Positions 19,635-30,758 of a stretch of DNA of 64,000 nucleotides are shown in pieces. A program made the position numbers and the translations under genes. Numbering within the stretch: position 1 is the stretch's first letter; every line of letters begins with the position of its first letter. This DNA is from Myxococcales bacterium. GTDB lineage: Bacteria > Myxococcota_A > Polyangia > Polyangiales > DASUME01. The stretch lies in assembly GCA_047601445.1 (NCBI GenBank), contig JASGJH010000001.1, positions 5,184,001-5,248,000 on the forward strand. Direction: 5' to 3'. The notes beneath the pieces were generated by a model, which worked only from the letters and a program-made list of their open reading frames with translations, was not told the origin of the DNA and ran no database searches.

Positions 19635-19688
19635 CATTGACGGGAACACCTCGGTCACCACCACGACCATGAAGGTGAGCGCCGCCCG

Positions 19689-20321
19689 TCACTTTCCGAG
19701 CAGCGCGATGCGAGCGAGCGCCAGGTTGCCTTTGAGCTTCTGCACCGCACTCGGTCGATCGGGCCGCAACGAGAGCCCCTGCATGAGGTGCCCCCGCGCG
19801 CGCAGCTGCATCTTCTTCTTGAGCGCCTCGGGCAAGAGCCCTGCCGCCGCAAGGTCGCGCATGGTGGCGATGACGCTGGCCAGGTCCAGAAAGTCTTGCT
19901 GGAAGGCCCACTTGAAGTTGCCGCCGTAGCGGAAGTGGGAACAACCCATGCCGGCCACCTGATAGAAGCTTCCATCCGGGCGCTTGTACGGAGAGATCTG
20001 ACGCCAGAAGCCCACGACCTCGCCCTTGGCTTCGTCGATCAGGATGCGCTCGTAGGGATAGGCCCAGTCCTCGAAGCCCTCCATCTGATAGCCCACGCCG
20101 ATCTCGCGAATGGCCTTGATGCCCCTCACTACGAAGGTCTCGTCGGGCCCGAGGTCCCAGTGGTACTCGGCGTCGTCGGTGTAGAAAGCTCCGAGGTTGC
20201 TCTGCCAGTCGCGGGTGACGGTGGCTCGGTCGTGGGCCTCCACCCAGCGCCGCACCATCTCCTCGAGCTCGGCGCGTGACGCGCGCGGCTTACCCGTGAC
20301 TTGCACCTGCGTGTTCTCCAT
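19689..20321 (-). CDS. SnoaL-like / NTF2 family protein
   Basis: FYTDDAEY.W..GP, WAYPYE...IDE..GEVVGFWRQ, FRYGGNFKW..Q.DF; GAGGAG RBS before ATG 20321. Confidence 0.85.
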   Translation of the reverse strand: MENTQVQVTGKPRASRAELEEMVRRWVEAHDRATVTRDWQSNLGAFYTDDAEYHWDLGPDETFVVRGIKAIREIGVGYQMEGFEDWAYPYERILIDEAKGEVVGFWRQISPYKRPDGSFYQVAGMGCSHFRYGGNFKWAFQQDFLDLASVIATMRDLAAAGLLPEALKKKMQLRARGHLMQGLSLRPDRPSAVQKLKGNLALARIALLGK

Positions 20322-20575
20322 GGGGTCTCCTCGTGGGTACTGCGCGAATCCGCTCGTGCGGAGCCGACGATATACGCCGACGCAGCACCAGGGGCACTGG
20401 CGCGAGCGAGCGAATGCGCGGTCTTCCATTGGCCCGCCAGCTCACAATTCACTACGCCCCCCGCCCCGTGCTCGGCTCCCTCCCGGCCCGCGAGTGCACT
20501 CAGGGTGATTATCCCGTGCTCACGGTTCCGTCCGGCCCAGGCCCCGCGAACGATGCGCTAACCTGGCGCTCAGGC

Positions 20576-21685
20576 ATGGCCGGACCCCCTCCGATACCCT
20601 ACGCGGGCAGGTACTACACCTTGCTCCAGGCGCGCGCGGCCGCGCCTCAGGCTGGGCTCGGACGGGCACTGACCTCCCACGAAGCCGAGAGCATGCTGGC
20701 CCGCATGATGCGGGACGACCTTGCCCGCGCCAGGTTGCGCGGCGACTACGCACGTATGACGGGGAGCCCGGGCATCACCCAGGTCAAGAACGACGCCATC
20801 CTCGACTGGTTCACCAAGCAGCTCCAACGCCCCCACGCAGGCGGGAGCCTGGTCATGCTGGTGCGCGGGGCAGGCGCGGCCGGGCCAGCCCAGAGCGCGA
20901 AGGCGAGCAACGAACCCCACGAGCTGCGCGAAGCGCGCCGCGTCGACGATCTGGTGCGCGAGCTCGGCAACCACGACATGATGTTCAGCGGCTCGGGCTA
21001 TCGCGTGGTGCGGGCCCCCAACAATGGCCAGCTCGAGCAGCGCTCGAGCCTCGAGGTGCTCGGAGAGCGCGAAGCCAAGCAGGTGCTCTCGGCTCTCGCC
21101 TCCGACCCGCGCAGGCCCGAGCGTCAGAAGCAAGCTCTGGTCAAGCTCGACGAGCTATTCGAGCAGCTGCGCGGCAAGCCCGCGCTCGAGCTACTCGTGC
21201 TGCGCCGCTACCGCATGTACGTGCGACCGCAGGAGCAGGCGGCGGTCACGCCTTCGCAGATGCGCGCGAAGGCCAAGAAGAACGTCACGCTCTGGCTGGT
21301 CGATGAGTGGGGCAATCCCAAGGGCGACCTCGCATACAAGTTCTACTCGCCGAGCGGCGTGGAGCCCGGCAGCTTTCCTCCATCGGGCGAGAAGAAGCAC
21401 GAAGGGCTCGACCCGGGCACGGTGCAAGTGGGCCTCGGCGTGCACCCGGACGACTGGTTCGAGCGCGCCGCGCCGCCCGTGGGTTACCTGGCGGAGGAGC
21501 TCGAGATCAGCTTGCTCGACGAGCTCGGCATGCCCCTCGCGAATCGCAGCTTCACCGCCAAATTCCAGAACGGCGTGTCGATGGGTGGGACGACCGATGC
21601 GAGCGGCTATGCGATCCTGACGGGAACGCCGTCCTATCCGGTCACGGTCGTCTTCGACAACTTCGACATCGAAGATTGGGCGTAG
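20576..21685 (+). CDS. Hypothetical protein with two C-terminal Ig/transthyretin-like repeats (T6SS-associated type)
   Basis: VTPSQMR linker, then LWLVDEWGNP...G.DPGTVQV and ISLLDELGMPLAN...GTTDASGYA...VTVVF repeats. Confidence 0.6.
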   Translation: MAGPPPIPYAGRYYTLLQARAAAPQAGLGRALTSHEAESMLARMMRDDLARARLRGDYARMTGSPGITQVKNDAILDWFTKQLQRPHAGGSLVMLVRGAGAAGPAQSAKASNEPHELREARRVDDLVRELGNHDMMFSGSGYRVVRAPNNGQLEQRSSLEVLGEREAKQVLSALASDPRRPERQKQALVKLDELFEQLRGKPALELLVLRRYRMYVRPQEQAAVTPSQMRAKAKKNVTLWLVDEWGNPKGDLAYKFYSPSGVEPGSFPPSGEKKHEGLDPGTVQVGLGVHPDDWFERAAPPVGYLAEELEISLLDELGMPLANRSFTAKFQNGVSMGGTTDASGYAILTGTPSYPVTVVFDNFDIEDWA

Positions 21686-21899
21686 CGGTCCGGGCAGCGT
21701 GGATACCAGCGGCGCGACGTGAAGCCAAGCGAGACGAAGCGGTTCCCTGTCTCGACGCTTCGTGGTGAAAAAACGTGCGTAAAAGGCGACGGATCAGGTG
21801 GGCTCCGGCCATCATCCAGGTGCCAAGAATCGCCGCGAAATCCGATGAAAAATCGAAACAGATCCTCGAACGAGGGTCACGCGGCAGCACGGAGGAAAA

Positions 21900-22335
21900 A
21901 TGCAGAATAGGTACCTTTCGGCGAGCGCACTCTGTTGGTTGGTCCTCGTCGGATGCGGCGACAGCACCTCGAGCGGCGAGGACCCCGTCTCCAAGGGTCA
22001 GGCCATCGTGAAGGAGAGGGTCTGCGCGAGCTGCCACGGGGCACCGGATGGAACCCTGTCGGGTCAAACCGATCCGCAGCCGCACACCAAGGCCTATCCG
22101 CCGAACCTCACGCCGGACTCCGACACCGGCCTCGGCGATTGGACCGATGATCAGAATCATCGCCGCCATCCTCGATGGTACGGACGACGAGGGCGAGGAG
22201 CTCTGCAACGTGATGCCCAAGTTCTCCTCGCTCGGCATGACTCAACAGGACGCCGAGGACGTCGTCGCCTACCTGCGGAGTCTCGACCCGGTAAAGCGCG
22301 AGATCCCCGAGCGCGTCAGCTGCTCGGACAAGTAG
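21900..22335 (+). CDS. Lipoprotein mono-haem cytochrome c; frameshifted at ~22155 (likely sequencing error)
   Basis: Lipobox LVGC, CASCH, PPNLTPD..TGLGDWTDDQ. Continues in the 22048..22335 frame as IIAAILDG...MP.F...D...VVAYLRSL.PV (axial Met). Confidence 0.88.
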
Positions 22336-22446
22336 CGCGCAGCACCAGGGATCCATCGCCCCGACCCCTGCTCACGTGGGTCGAAATGGGTGGCTCGGTC
22401 GATGGCGGGGTAGCGCATACTGTGCTGCCTCGGTGCCAGCTCACCC

Positions 22447-23859
22447 ATGACCTCCAAGTTCACCCTGCCGATCACGGCCCTGCTGTGCCTCTGCGTCCTG
22501 CTCTGGCACGGAGTAAGCGGCTGCGCCTCGGAGGCGCGCCTGGCGGACTACTCCCACGTCGAGCGGGTTCCCAATCCCCGCACGACGCACGGCGGCTGGG
22601 TGAGCGACCAAGCGGCCTTGCTCGGTCCCTACGCGGCCAGCCTCGAGGCTCGGCTTGCACAGCTCCATCGCGCGTCGGGCGCAGAGCTTGCGCTGGTGAT
22701 CTTGCCGTCCATCGCACAACAGGATCCTCGCTCCTTCGCCACGGCGCTCTATGAGCGCTGGCAGATTGGCAAGCACGGTCGCGATGACGGCGCGCTGATC
22801 TTGCATGTGGTGGACCAGCGCAGGTTGGAGATCGAGACCGGCTACGGCTTGGAAGCCGCGCTGCCCGATGCCACCTGCTCCTGGCTCGTGCACGAGGTGG
22901 CGTTGCCCTTTTTCCGCGGCGGCGACTTCGCGCGCGGTCACACCGCCCTGGTCTACGGCGTGGCTCAGGCGATCACGCAGCCGCAGGTCCACCACGACTC
23001 CCTGGTCGCGTCGAGCCTCGCCAGCGTGACTGGACTGGAGCCTTACTATCCGTCGGGGACGCCAGCGGCGCCCGCCGCGCACGACGAGCCGATGCGTCCG
23101 CACACGAGTCTGCTCGTAGCCTTGCTGTGCGCTGTGATCGCCATGGCAGCCCGCGCCGCAGCTCACCTGCGCCTCTATCGCCATGCGGAGCGCCGCCCTC
23201 CCTGGCCCTGGCGATTGGGCGGGATGTCGCTCTTGTTCGCGGGCATCTGTTGGGGGAGCTTCTTGTGGAACGGGGAGGCCAACCTGGGCTTCCTTGCTGC
23301 CTTCGTGTTGGGCTCGGCCGCCTTCTTCAACTCCTTGGGCGCGCTATGGACCTACCTGGAGGCGACGAAACGTTCGGCCCCGCGCCACTGTCCGCGTTGC
23401 AAACAGCCGCTCGTGTTGCTCGGAGAGTCCGAAGAAGACGCCCACCTCGAGGCCGGTCATCAGCTCGAGGAAACCCTGAACACGCTCGACCACGACGTGT
23501 GGAAGTGCGCCTGCGGTCTGGTGCAGGTGAGCTCCTATCGCGGGCCGACGCCGGCCGAAGTCTGCAGCGCCTGTAGCTACCGTACCCTCTTGCCGAACGG
23601 ACGTTATGTCCACTCGCCGGCCACCCAGGACACAGCGGGGGTCGAATACCTGTACTTCCTCTGCAGGCACTGCGGTCACGAGACCTTTCACGAAAGGAGT
23701 ATTGCCCCCCACGGGGGAGGCACGCGCCGCGACGAGCGCGAAGCGTGGGGCAGCTCGGACGACAGCCCGGCGAGCGGCGGGGGCAGCTCGACTGCCGGAG
23801 CGCGGGAGAGCTTCGGGGGTGGGTCCACCGGCGGCGGCGGAGCAGGCGGAAGCTATTGA
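22447..23859 (+). CDS. TPM-domain (YgcG-like) membrane protein with Zn-ribbons and Gly-rich tail
   Basis: WVSDQA, WQIGKHGRDDGAL, IETGYGLEAALPD; TM helices; CPRC/CSAC/CRHC; SFGGGSTGGGGAGG. Confidence 0.9.
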   Translation: MTSKFTLPITALLCLCVLLWHGVSGCASEARLADYSHVERVPNPRTTHGGWVSDQAALLGPYAASLEARLAQLHRASGAELALVILPSIAQQDPRSFATALYERWQIGKHGRDDGALILHVVDQRRLEIETGYGLEAALPDATCSWLVHEVALPFFRGGDFARGHTALVYGVAQAITQPQVHHDSLVASSLASVTGLEPYYPSGTPAAPAAHDEPMRPHTSLLVALLCAVIAMAARAAAHLRLYRHAERRPPWPWRLGGMSLLFAGICWGSFLWNGEANLGFLAAFVLGSAAFFNSLGALWTYLEATKRSAPRHCPRCKQPLVLLGESEEDAHLEAGHQLEETLNTLDHDVWKCACGLVQVSSYRGPTPAEVCSACSYRTLLPNGRYVHSPATQDTAGVEYLYFLCRHCGHETFHERSIAPHGGGTRRDEREAWGSSDDSPASGGGSSTAGARESFGGGSTGGGGAGGSY

Positions 23860-23939
23860 GTGGGCGGGACACACGCACTCACCATCCTGTCTAACCACCC
23901 CAATGTGCCTTGACCTTAGGTCCCTGATAATCTCTCTGA

Positions 23940-25595
23940 GTGCCTCCCAAGCGCTTCGGCCCCTATGAGCTCGTGCGCCCCCTGGCGACCGGGGGAATGG
24001 CCGAGACTTTCGTGGCTGTGCGGCACGGGCCGGCGGACTTCGAGCAGCGCGTGTGTCTCAAGCGGATCCTGCCCGAGCGCGCAGGGGAACCCGCGTTCGT
24101 GGAGCAATTCCTCGATGAAGCACGGCTTTTGGCCCAGCTGCGCTGCCCGGGCATCGTGCAGGTCTATGACTTCGGGGCCGTCGAGGGCGCGTACTACATG
24201 GCGCTCGAGCTGGTGGAGGGCGCCGACCTCGAGCGATTGTGTAGTGCCTCACCAGTGGGAGACCGCATCAGTTCCGAGCTAGCGCTGTTCATCGCCACGC
24301 AGCTGCTCGTGGCGCTCGACTACGCCCACAACGCCAGCGTCCAGGACCAGCCCCTCAACATCGTCCACCGCGATATCTCACCCTCGAACATCCTGCTGAG
24401 CAGCCATGGCGACGTGAAGCTCACGGACTTTGGCATCGCCAAGTCGAGCCACAGCCGGCACAAGACCAAGACCGGACGCACCAAGGGCAAGCTCGCCTAT
24501 ATGTCGCCCGAGCAAGTGCGCGGTGAAGCGCTCGACGGGCGCAGCGACCTGTTCGCGCTCGGGGTGGTGCTCTACGAGCTCCTGGCCGGCACGCACCCGT
24601 TCGAGGCGAACACCGACCTGGCGCTGCTCCACAACATCATCACGGGCACGCGCCGACCGCTGGCGGCGGTGGTGCCCGAGCTATCGACGGACGTGACGAC
24701 GTTCGTGGAGTGCCTGCTCGCCACAGACGCCAAGGATCGTCACCCCAGCGCCGAGGCCGCGCTGGCCGCCCTCCCCACCCACGGCAGCCAGGTGGTGGCG
24801 AAGCGCGTGCTGGCGAGCAAAGTCTCGCGGTATCTGGCCACGCGGCCGGTGAAGAAGCCATTTCAGTCCCAGGTCCCGCGCAGGCTGAGGAGCGAAATCG
24901 AGGCCTACGACCAGACCCGCGATCTGCCCGTCACCCCGGAGGCGCGCGTGCGCTCCACGCTTCCCCTCGCGAATGGACGCTCCGAGCCCTCCGGCACGCT
25001 GGCGCTCGAGTCGAGTGAGGCCACCCGCGACCTGATTACGCCGAGCGCAACCCCGGAGCGCAGCTCCTCATCGCGCTCGCGGACACGGGCGGCGGTGCCC
25101 CCGCAGACCCGACGCTGGAACCAGCGCTTCAGCTTCAGCCTGGCGCTCGTGGGTTTGCTGTGTGTGGGAGCAATCTGGTTCTCGCTCGCCTCCAAGCCCT
25201 CCGCTCAACCCGCCCAGGAAAGCGCTGCTCCCACCATGCGCGGAGCTCGCCAACGCCTCTCTCAGGGCGCACCCAGCCCCGTGGCGCCCAGGCTTTCCGC
25301 GCTTCCCACGCGCGACGCCGGCCAAGGCTCCGAGAGCGACTCGGCGCACGCACCGCTCGCCGCACCGAGCCCCGCACTGGCGGCGCCTCCGACGACGCCC
25401 GAAGCAGAATCCGGCGCCCCCCAGGCTCAGGCAACCGCTGGCCAGCGCACCAAGCGCAAGCGCGCGCGCGAACCCTCTACTCCGCGGCCCGCAACCACGG
25501 ACCTCACTCAGCCCGCGCCGTCCCCGGAGTCGCCGAGACTGGCTCCCAGCGCACCGAGCCGCAGTGGCCTTGGCGTGTCGGCCGAGGACTTCTAG
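23940..25595 (+). CDS. Membrane-anchored Hanks-type Ser/Thr protein kinase
   Basis: LATGGMAE, LKRI, HRDISPSN, DFG, YMSPEQ, SDLF; one TM; Pro/Ala-rich external tail ending RSGLGVSAEDF. Confidence 0.95.
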   Translation: MPPKRFGPYELVRPLATGGMAETFVAVRHGPADFEQRVCLKRILPERAGEPAFVEQFLDEARLLAQLRCPGIVQVYDFGAVEGAYYMALELVEGADLERLCSASPVGDRISSELALFIATQLLVALDYAHNASVQDQPLNIVHRDISPSNILLSSHGDVKLTDFGIAKSSHSRHKTKTGRTKGKLAYMSPEQVRGEALDGRSDLFALGVVLYELLAGTHPFEANTDLALLHNIITGTRRPLAAVVPELSTDVTTFVECLLATDAKDRHPSAEAALAALPTHGSQVVAKRVLASKVSRYLATRPVKKPFQSQVPRRLRSEIEAYDQTRDLPVTPEARVRSTLPLANGRSEPSGTLALESSEATRDLITPSATPERSSSSRSRTRAAVPPQTRRWNQRFSFSLALVGLLCVGAIWFSLASKPSAQPAQESAAPTMRGARQRLSQGAPSPVAPRLSALPTRDAGQGSESDSAHAPLAAPSPALAAPPTTPEAESGAPQAQATAGQRTKRKRAREPSTPRPATTDLTQPAPSPESPRLAPSAPSRSGLGVSAEDF

Positions 25596-25656
25596 CGCGC
25601 GGTTCCTAAAGCCCCGTGCGCTCGCGACGCTCCGCATCCAGAGTCGACGCCAGAGG

Positions 25657-27349
25657 TCATTGCGACTCGACGGCCCCGAGGTCCGGATAGTCGATGCGTA
25701 CGTGACCGCGCAGGTCGAATTCCGGCGCCGCGCTGGGGTCGGCGCGATCGATGCACGGGGACTCCGAGAGCAAGCTGACGTCGAACTGCAAGTCGACCCC
25801 GCCGTCGCTCGAACGCTCGGGTGGGTCCGCAAAGAGCGGATCGGCGTCGATGTTTCCAGTGTCGTCGGTGGTGCAGCCGCCGCCGTCAGCCTCCGTGCTG
25901 CAACCGCCTTCGAAGTCACTGTATCGGATGCTGGGTACCTTGTAGACCGCCATCACGGGACGGCCGCCGTTGTCCCAGAGGATGCTGTTGCTGATGCTGA
26001 GGTTGTTGCTGTCTGGCGTGTTGAGGTACGCCACGTCGCCTCCCAGCCGCGCCGAGTTGTTCACGAAGGTGGAGTTGACGATGGCGAGCCACGCATCCTG
26101 CCCCTCACTCGAGGCTGCACCGCCGAAGTTCTCGCTGCGGTTGTCCACGAAGATGCTGCTCACGATGTGAAGCGGGCTGAGCGTGGTGTGCAGCGCGCCC
26201 CCGTTGTCCACGCTGGCATTGCCCACGAACACGCAATCCTCGATGCGAATCCCCGGCGTATAGTCGGTCTGCATGGCCCCGCCGACGCGCGCCGTGTTGC
26301 TCACGAAGCTGCTGCCCTTGAGCTCGGGCGTCGCCCACGAGTTGGCGATGGCACCTCCGGCGGACGCCTCGTTTTCGCGAAATTCGCTGTTCTCGATGCG
26401 AGGCGAGCATCCGTAGTTGTACAAAGCGCCGCCGCCCTCGCCAGAGTTACGCACGAAGTGGCACTTGCTGAAGACGGGCGCACCGTCCCAGTTGACCACT
26501 GCCCCGCCAGTGCCGAGGCTCGTGTTCTCCACGAACCCAGTGTTGGCGAAGGCAACGCTGGAGTTCACGTTGAACACGGCGCCACCCGACTTGGCCCAGT
26601 TGCGCGTGAACACGCAGTTGGCGACCTCGGGGGATACCTCCTTGTTCAACATGCCGGCACCACTCGCCTGCGGAAATGGTAGGGCGTAGTCCTGTTGAAG
26701 CGCGGGGGCGGTGCCGTCGGCCTGACCGCCCGTGATGGTGAAGCCGTCGATGCGGGCCGAGTCGGCACCGAGCACCACGTGATAGGCATTGTCCGAGCTG
26801 TCGCCCACGACGCCGAGGTCTCCGCTGAGGATGGTGACGTTGCGCTCGAAGTCGCGATCCTTGCGCTTGCGCTCTCGCCCGGCGAAACCGCCGTAGACGG
26901 CGACACCGGTGCGCAAGACGATGCTCGCGTCGCGGCCCCCCTCGGGGCTGGGATAGTACAGGCCGCTGGCCACCCAAACTTCGCACGGCGCAGTCGCCTT
27001 GGCGGCGTCGATGCCCGCCTGGACGGTCGGGATGGCGCGCTCCCAGCTGGCGCCGCAGCCCTCCTCGCACTGCGAGCGCGCGTCCACGTACACCACGCAC
27101 TTGTCGCAGCCGATTCCGAGCGCGCATTGCGCCACCGCCGCGTCCCAGTCGTCGACCTCGCTTTCGTCGTCGCCAGCGTCGATGCCGGCATCACTCGGGT
27201 CGTCGTCCTCGGTGGGCCACTTGATGGATCCGTCCACGCACTCGACGGCGTCGCGAGATCTCGAAGCTAGGGGTGTTCAGGTTGAGCGAGCACGCGCTGG
27301 CGCACGAGGCCAGCAGGATTGCGCCCAGCGCGGTGATCTTCGAAGCCAT
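25657..27349 (-). CDS. Lipoprotein with right-handed beta-helix (Pmp-like GGA repeats); frameshifted at ~27256 (likely sequencing error)
   Basis: ATG 27349 overlaps the upstream TAA and gives MASKITALGAILLASCASAC. Removing one base joins it to the 25657..27237 ORF with FxxNxA-GGA repeats, GNIDADPLF and SPCID...DLGAVE. Confidence 0.82.
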
Positions 27350-30300
27350 TAGTCCACCCACATGGCGTTGGAGTCGTACTGCGTCACGTCACGCAGCTCT
27401 TGGGGCAAGAGCGTCGCAGGTTCTTGGTCCGGATGCTCGATGTCCCAGGAGGACAGTACGCCGTCCAGGGAGCCCAACAGATAGCGGCCCGTGCGATCGA
27501 AGGCATAGTTGCGCACGCCCTCGCCGAGGCTTCGTGCCCGTCCTACGCCGTCGAGCGAGACCGCCGACAGCATGCCGCTTTGCTCGTAGAGGACCCAACG
27601 CAACTGGGGCGAAACCAAGCGCGGCTGGAGGGGGTCCATGTAGCCAGGCACGTCGAGCAGCGAGATAGAACCACCCGACTTGAGATCGATGAGGCTGAGC
27701 ACCTTGCGGTCGCGCTTGGTCGAGCACACCACGACGTGGCTTAGATCCGTGTCCGCAGCGAACGTTGGATCGCACAGCTCCGAGATGGCGCGCACGGTGA
27801 GCTCATCGAGGTCGACCCGGTAAAGCATGTTCCCCATGGCCAACAGGTAGCTGCCATCGGCATAACTGGTCGTCGTCGCGAACGAGACGACCCAGGGTTG
27901 ATTGTTCTGGCCGGCGTCGAGCGGCACGTGAATCACGCTGTCCTTGCCACTCACCAAATCGATCACGCGCAGCCTGTCCAACGTGGTCGAATAGAGCAGG
28001 TAGCGTCCCTCGGGGGTCAACGCGTAATTGGTGGCAAAAAAGCTTGCCTGCGTGAGGGCGGCCACCGGCCGGTCGCTATCGTTTTCCAGGGGTGTCACAC
28101 GGTTCTGCCACCCGTAGTTCTGATAGATGCTGTCGACCACCACCCCGCGGCGTGCGCCACCCGGCCCGGGCGTGGCCAGCGCGCGGTAGCCACCGTCGTT
28201 GGTCTGAGGAATCACCGCCTCGGCGCTGCCGGTGCGTCGGTCGAGCCAGCGCAAGCTGCGATCTTGCATGGCCGTGAAGAGCACGCCGCGAGCACTCGGC
28301 TCGAAGATGTCCGCCGTACTGGAGTGCGCATAAGAAAAGGTCGTGGTGGCCCACGGCGCCGACTCGCTCTCTCCGTCTCGCCACGGCTCGAGGTAAGCCC
28401 CTTGGTCGGCAAGCACCGCGAGCCACGACGCGTCCTTCGCCACACGATACTGCTCCACCGTCCAGGAAGCGCGCTCGCCGTCGCTCAGGAGCGTGGTGGC
28501 GCCCTGGTCGAGGTCGGCCCGATAGAGCTGCACGTTTCCCGCCGTCGAGTAGACCCCCGTGAAGAGCACCGAGCGATGACCGGGCACCCGCACCGGCTGG
28601 TTGGTGCTCGCGCGAGCGATCGGCACGACGTCCGAGGTCCACAGGAGTTTTCCGCTCGCGAGCTCGTACTCACGCACGCCGTTGAACACCGTACTGCTCT
28701 TGCCGAAGTCCATACTCGCCTGGCTGGCCACTGCCACGCGCAAGCCATCTGCGCTGAAAGTGCGCACCGGGACGGCTCCCCCGGGCGTGCGCGCGATGCG
28801 ATCGGCGAGCACACGCGTGGAGAAGTCGCTCAGGTCCCCGAGGTACACTTGGTCGTCGCCGTCGCCATCGAGATCGCCCACGAAAGTCAGCTGCGTTCCG
28901 TCGGGACTCAGGCGCAGGTCGGATACGCGCTGGGTCGCGTCGTACTGCAGCTGCGGCGCGGGCACCGTCACGGTATCTCCGAGGCGGGTCACACGAACGC
29001 CGCTGGAGTTGTTTTCGAGAAGTACGTCGGGCGAGAGCATGTACGCCGTGTCCGGCATCGCGCCGAACTCTTCGGTGTCCAGGTCGACCAAATACTGATG
29101 CGTGGGATTCGCGTCGATGCTGCCGTAATAGACCGCCTGGCTGCAGTTCCGTCGCATGACAGGGTATTGAGTCTGCAAGGTCGGCGCTTGACTCAACTCG
29201 CGCCGCGTCGACGGCTGCAACGGGTCCTGACTCCACTCCACGACCGTAGGCTGTACCGCCCACCCACCGAACACCACGCGCCTGCCGCAGCCCGCGACGT
29301 AGCAACTTTGGCAGATCAACTCCGTGCCCGAGCCATCGTAGCGGAGCAGGGAAATCGGGTAGGTCCAGGCCCCTTGAGCCGAGTCCCACACCATGGCGGA
29401 CACCAGGACGCCGAGATCGACCTCCGCCGTCACCACCGAGCCGTAGCTGGAGTATTGGTAGAAGTAGCTGACTTGGTTCGCCAGCAACGCATCGAACGAG
29501 GTCTGCGTGAGATCGAAGATCTGAATCAGGTTGCCCTGCGAGGCCACCACGAGCTTGCCGCCGCTCGCGCTCAGCGCCCAACGCTCCGCCGCGCACAGCA
29601 CCCGAGACGTTGTCTCCGGGTGCGCTGCGTCGAAGTACAGGAGCTGTCCGTAGAGCTGGAACACGACGTCGTTGGAGCCCTGTGTGAAGAAGAACTGGAC
29701 CCATTGATTCGCGAGCAGCGCCGCCCGTTCGAGCTCACCATTCGGCCCGACCGTGAGCCAGTAGGTGCCCACGACCGCGCCGCACGCGTAGTACGCCACC
29801 GCCGAGTTCCCGTCGGGCGCCCAGGTGATTTCCTGCGGAGCACAGCCCCTCATCACCAGGGCTCGCTCCAGGCGGGGCGCCGTCGTGGGGCAGCTCATGC
29901 CGTCGCAAGCTGCGAGTGTCCAGTTCACGGAGTCGCCGACGTAGAGGCGCGTGTAGAGCGCGCCGTGCCCTGGACGATAGACCAGGGTCCCGAATTCCGC
30001 GTTGGGCTCGGCCTCCGGACTCAAGCGTCGCGCCGTCCCAGGCGCGTCGAGCGGCGTGGCGTAGAGCTGGTTCAGCAAGTCGTATCCGGCCGCGTTGGCT
30101 CGGTACACGATGCTAGGCGTGGGAAGCACCGTGATGGATACGCTCTTGGAGGCCGCCTCCGCCGCGCAGGCGAATGAGATGCGGTGCGCCCCCACCAGCG
30201 AGAAGCTCAATGTGAGCTCGCTTCCCTCCACGGTACGCACGCCGCCGCCGGGATCGACCACCTGGTAGCGCGGCGAGGGAGTCCCACCGTCGCAGTGCCC

Positions 30301-30591
30301 GCGCATGGACACCGACTCGAACAAGTAGAACTCCTGGCCCTCCGCGGGGAGCTCGGCGTCGACCTGATAGGTCCAGCTCGGCGGCGCGCTGGGTCCACCC
30401 TCGCCCGCGTCTTCGTCCTCGTCTGCCTCGTCGTCCGGCTCGCCCGCCTCGGCCGCGGCAGCGTCGCCCGCGTCGCCCCCGACGTCGACCGGACCCGCCT
30501 GGCGCCCACCGCCGTGGCAGGCCGGCATGAGCGCAACCAGCAGCGCGACGAGGAGCGCGGAGAGGTGGAGTCTCGAGCCCCGTTCAGCCAT
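27349..30591 (-). CDS. Large lipoprotein with Ig/PKD-like domain and TolB-like beta-propeller repeats
   Basis: Lipobox LMPAC, acidic linker, WAPDG/LSPDG/FSADG propeller motifs. Confidence 0.75.
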   Translation of the reverse strand: MAERGSRLHLSALLVALLVALMPACHGGGRQAGPVDVGGDAGDAAAAEAGEPDDEADEDEDAGEGGPSAPPSWTYQVDAELPAEGQEFYLFESVSMRGHCDGGTPSPRYQVVDPGGGVRTVEGSELTLSFSLVGAHRISFACAAEAASKSVSITVLPTPSIVYRANAAGYDLLNQLYATPLDAPGTARRLSPEAEPNAEFGTLVYRPGHGALYTRLYVGDSVNWTLAACDGMSCPTTAPRLERALVMRGCAPQEITWAPDGNSAVAYYACGAVVGTYWLTVGPNGELERAALLANQWVQFFFTQGSNDVVFQLYGQLLYFDAAHPETTSRVLCAAERWALSASGGKLVVASQGNLIQIFDLTQTSFDALLANQVSYFYQYSSYGSVVTAEVDLGVLVSAMVWDSAQGAWTYPISLLRYDGSGTELICQSCYVAGCGRRVVFGGWAVQPTVVEWSQDPLQPSTRRELSQAPTLQTQYPVMRRNCSQAVYYGSIDANPTHQYLVDLDTEEFGAMPDTAYMLSPDVLLENNSSGVRVTRLGDTVTVPAPQLQYDATQRVSDLRLSPDGTQLTFVGDLDGDGDDQVYLGDLSDFSTRVLADRIARTPGGAVPVRTFSADGLRVAVASQASMDFGKSSTVFNGVREYELASGKLLWTSDVVPIARASTNQPVRVPGHRSVLFTGVYSTAGNVQLYRADLDQGATTLLSDGERASWTVEQYRVAKDASWLAVLADQGAYLEPWRDGESESAPWATTTFSYAHSSTADIFEPSARGVLFTAMQDRSLRWLDRRTGSAEAVIPQTNDGGYRALATPGPGGARRGVVVDSIYQNYGWQNRVTPLENDSDRPVAALTQASFFATNYALTPEGRYLLYSTTLDRLRVIDLVSGKDSVIHVPLDAGQNNQPWVVSFATTTSYADGSYLLAMGNMLYRVDLDELTVRAISELCDPTFAADTDLSHVVVCSTKRDRKVLSLIDLKSGGSISLLDVPGYMDPLQPRLVSPQLRWVLYEQSGMLSAVSLDGVGRARSLGEGVRNYAFDRTGRYLLGSLDGVLSSWDIEHPDQEPATLLPQELRDVTQYDSNAMWVD

Positions 30592-30758
30592 GAAATTCCT
30601 CAGTTCGAGCCAGTTCAAGACAGCGGCGACAAGGCCGGAACCTTACCAGTCGATACGCCCCGGACCACGCGAACCTGGCCCGCTTCACCCCGAGCGGTGG
30701 GGCCCTGCCATGCCCCTGTTACGGCGTCACAAAACCGTGTTCTATCGCGGCATTTGGG

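Noticed and set aside
21900..22754. 284-aa cytochrome c, or a programmed frameshift
   Set aside because: Sequence after WTDDQ is off-frame; there is no slippery run, and the same +A-at-GATC signature occurs at three other sites.
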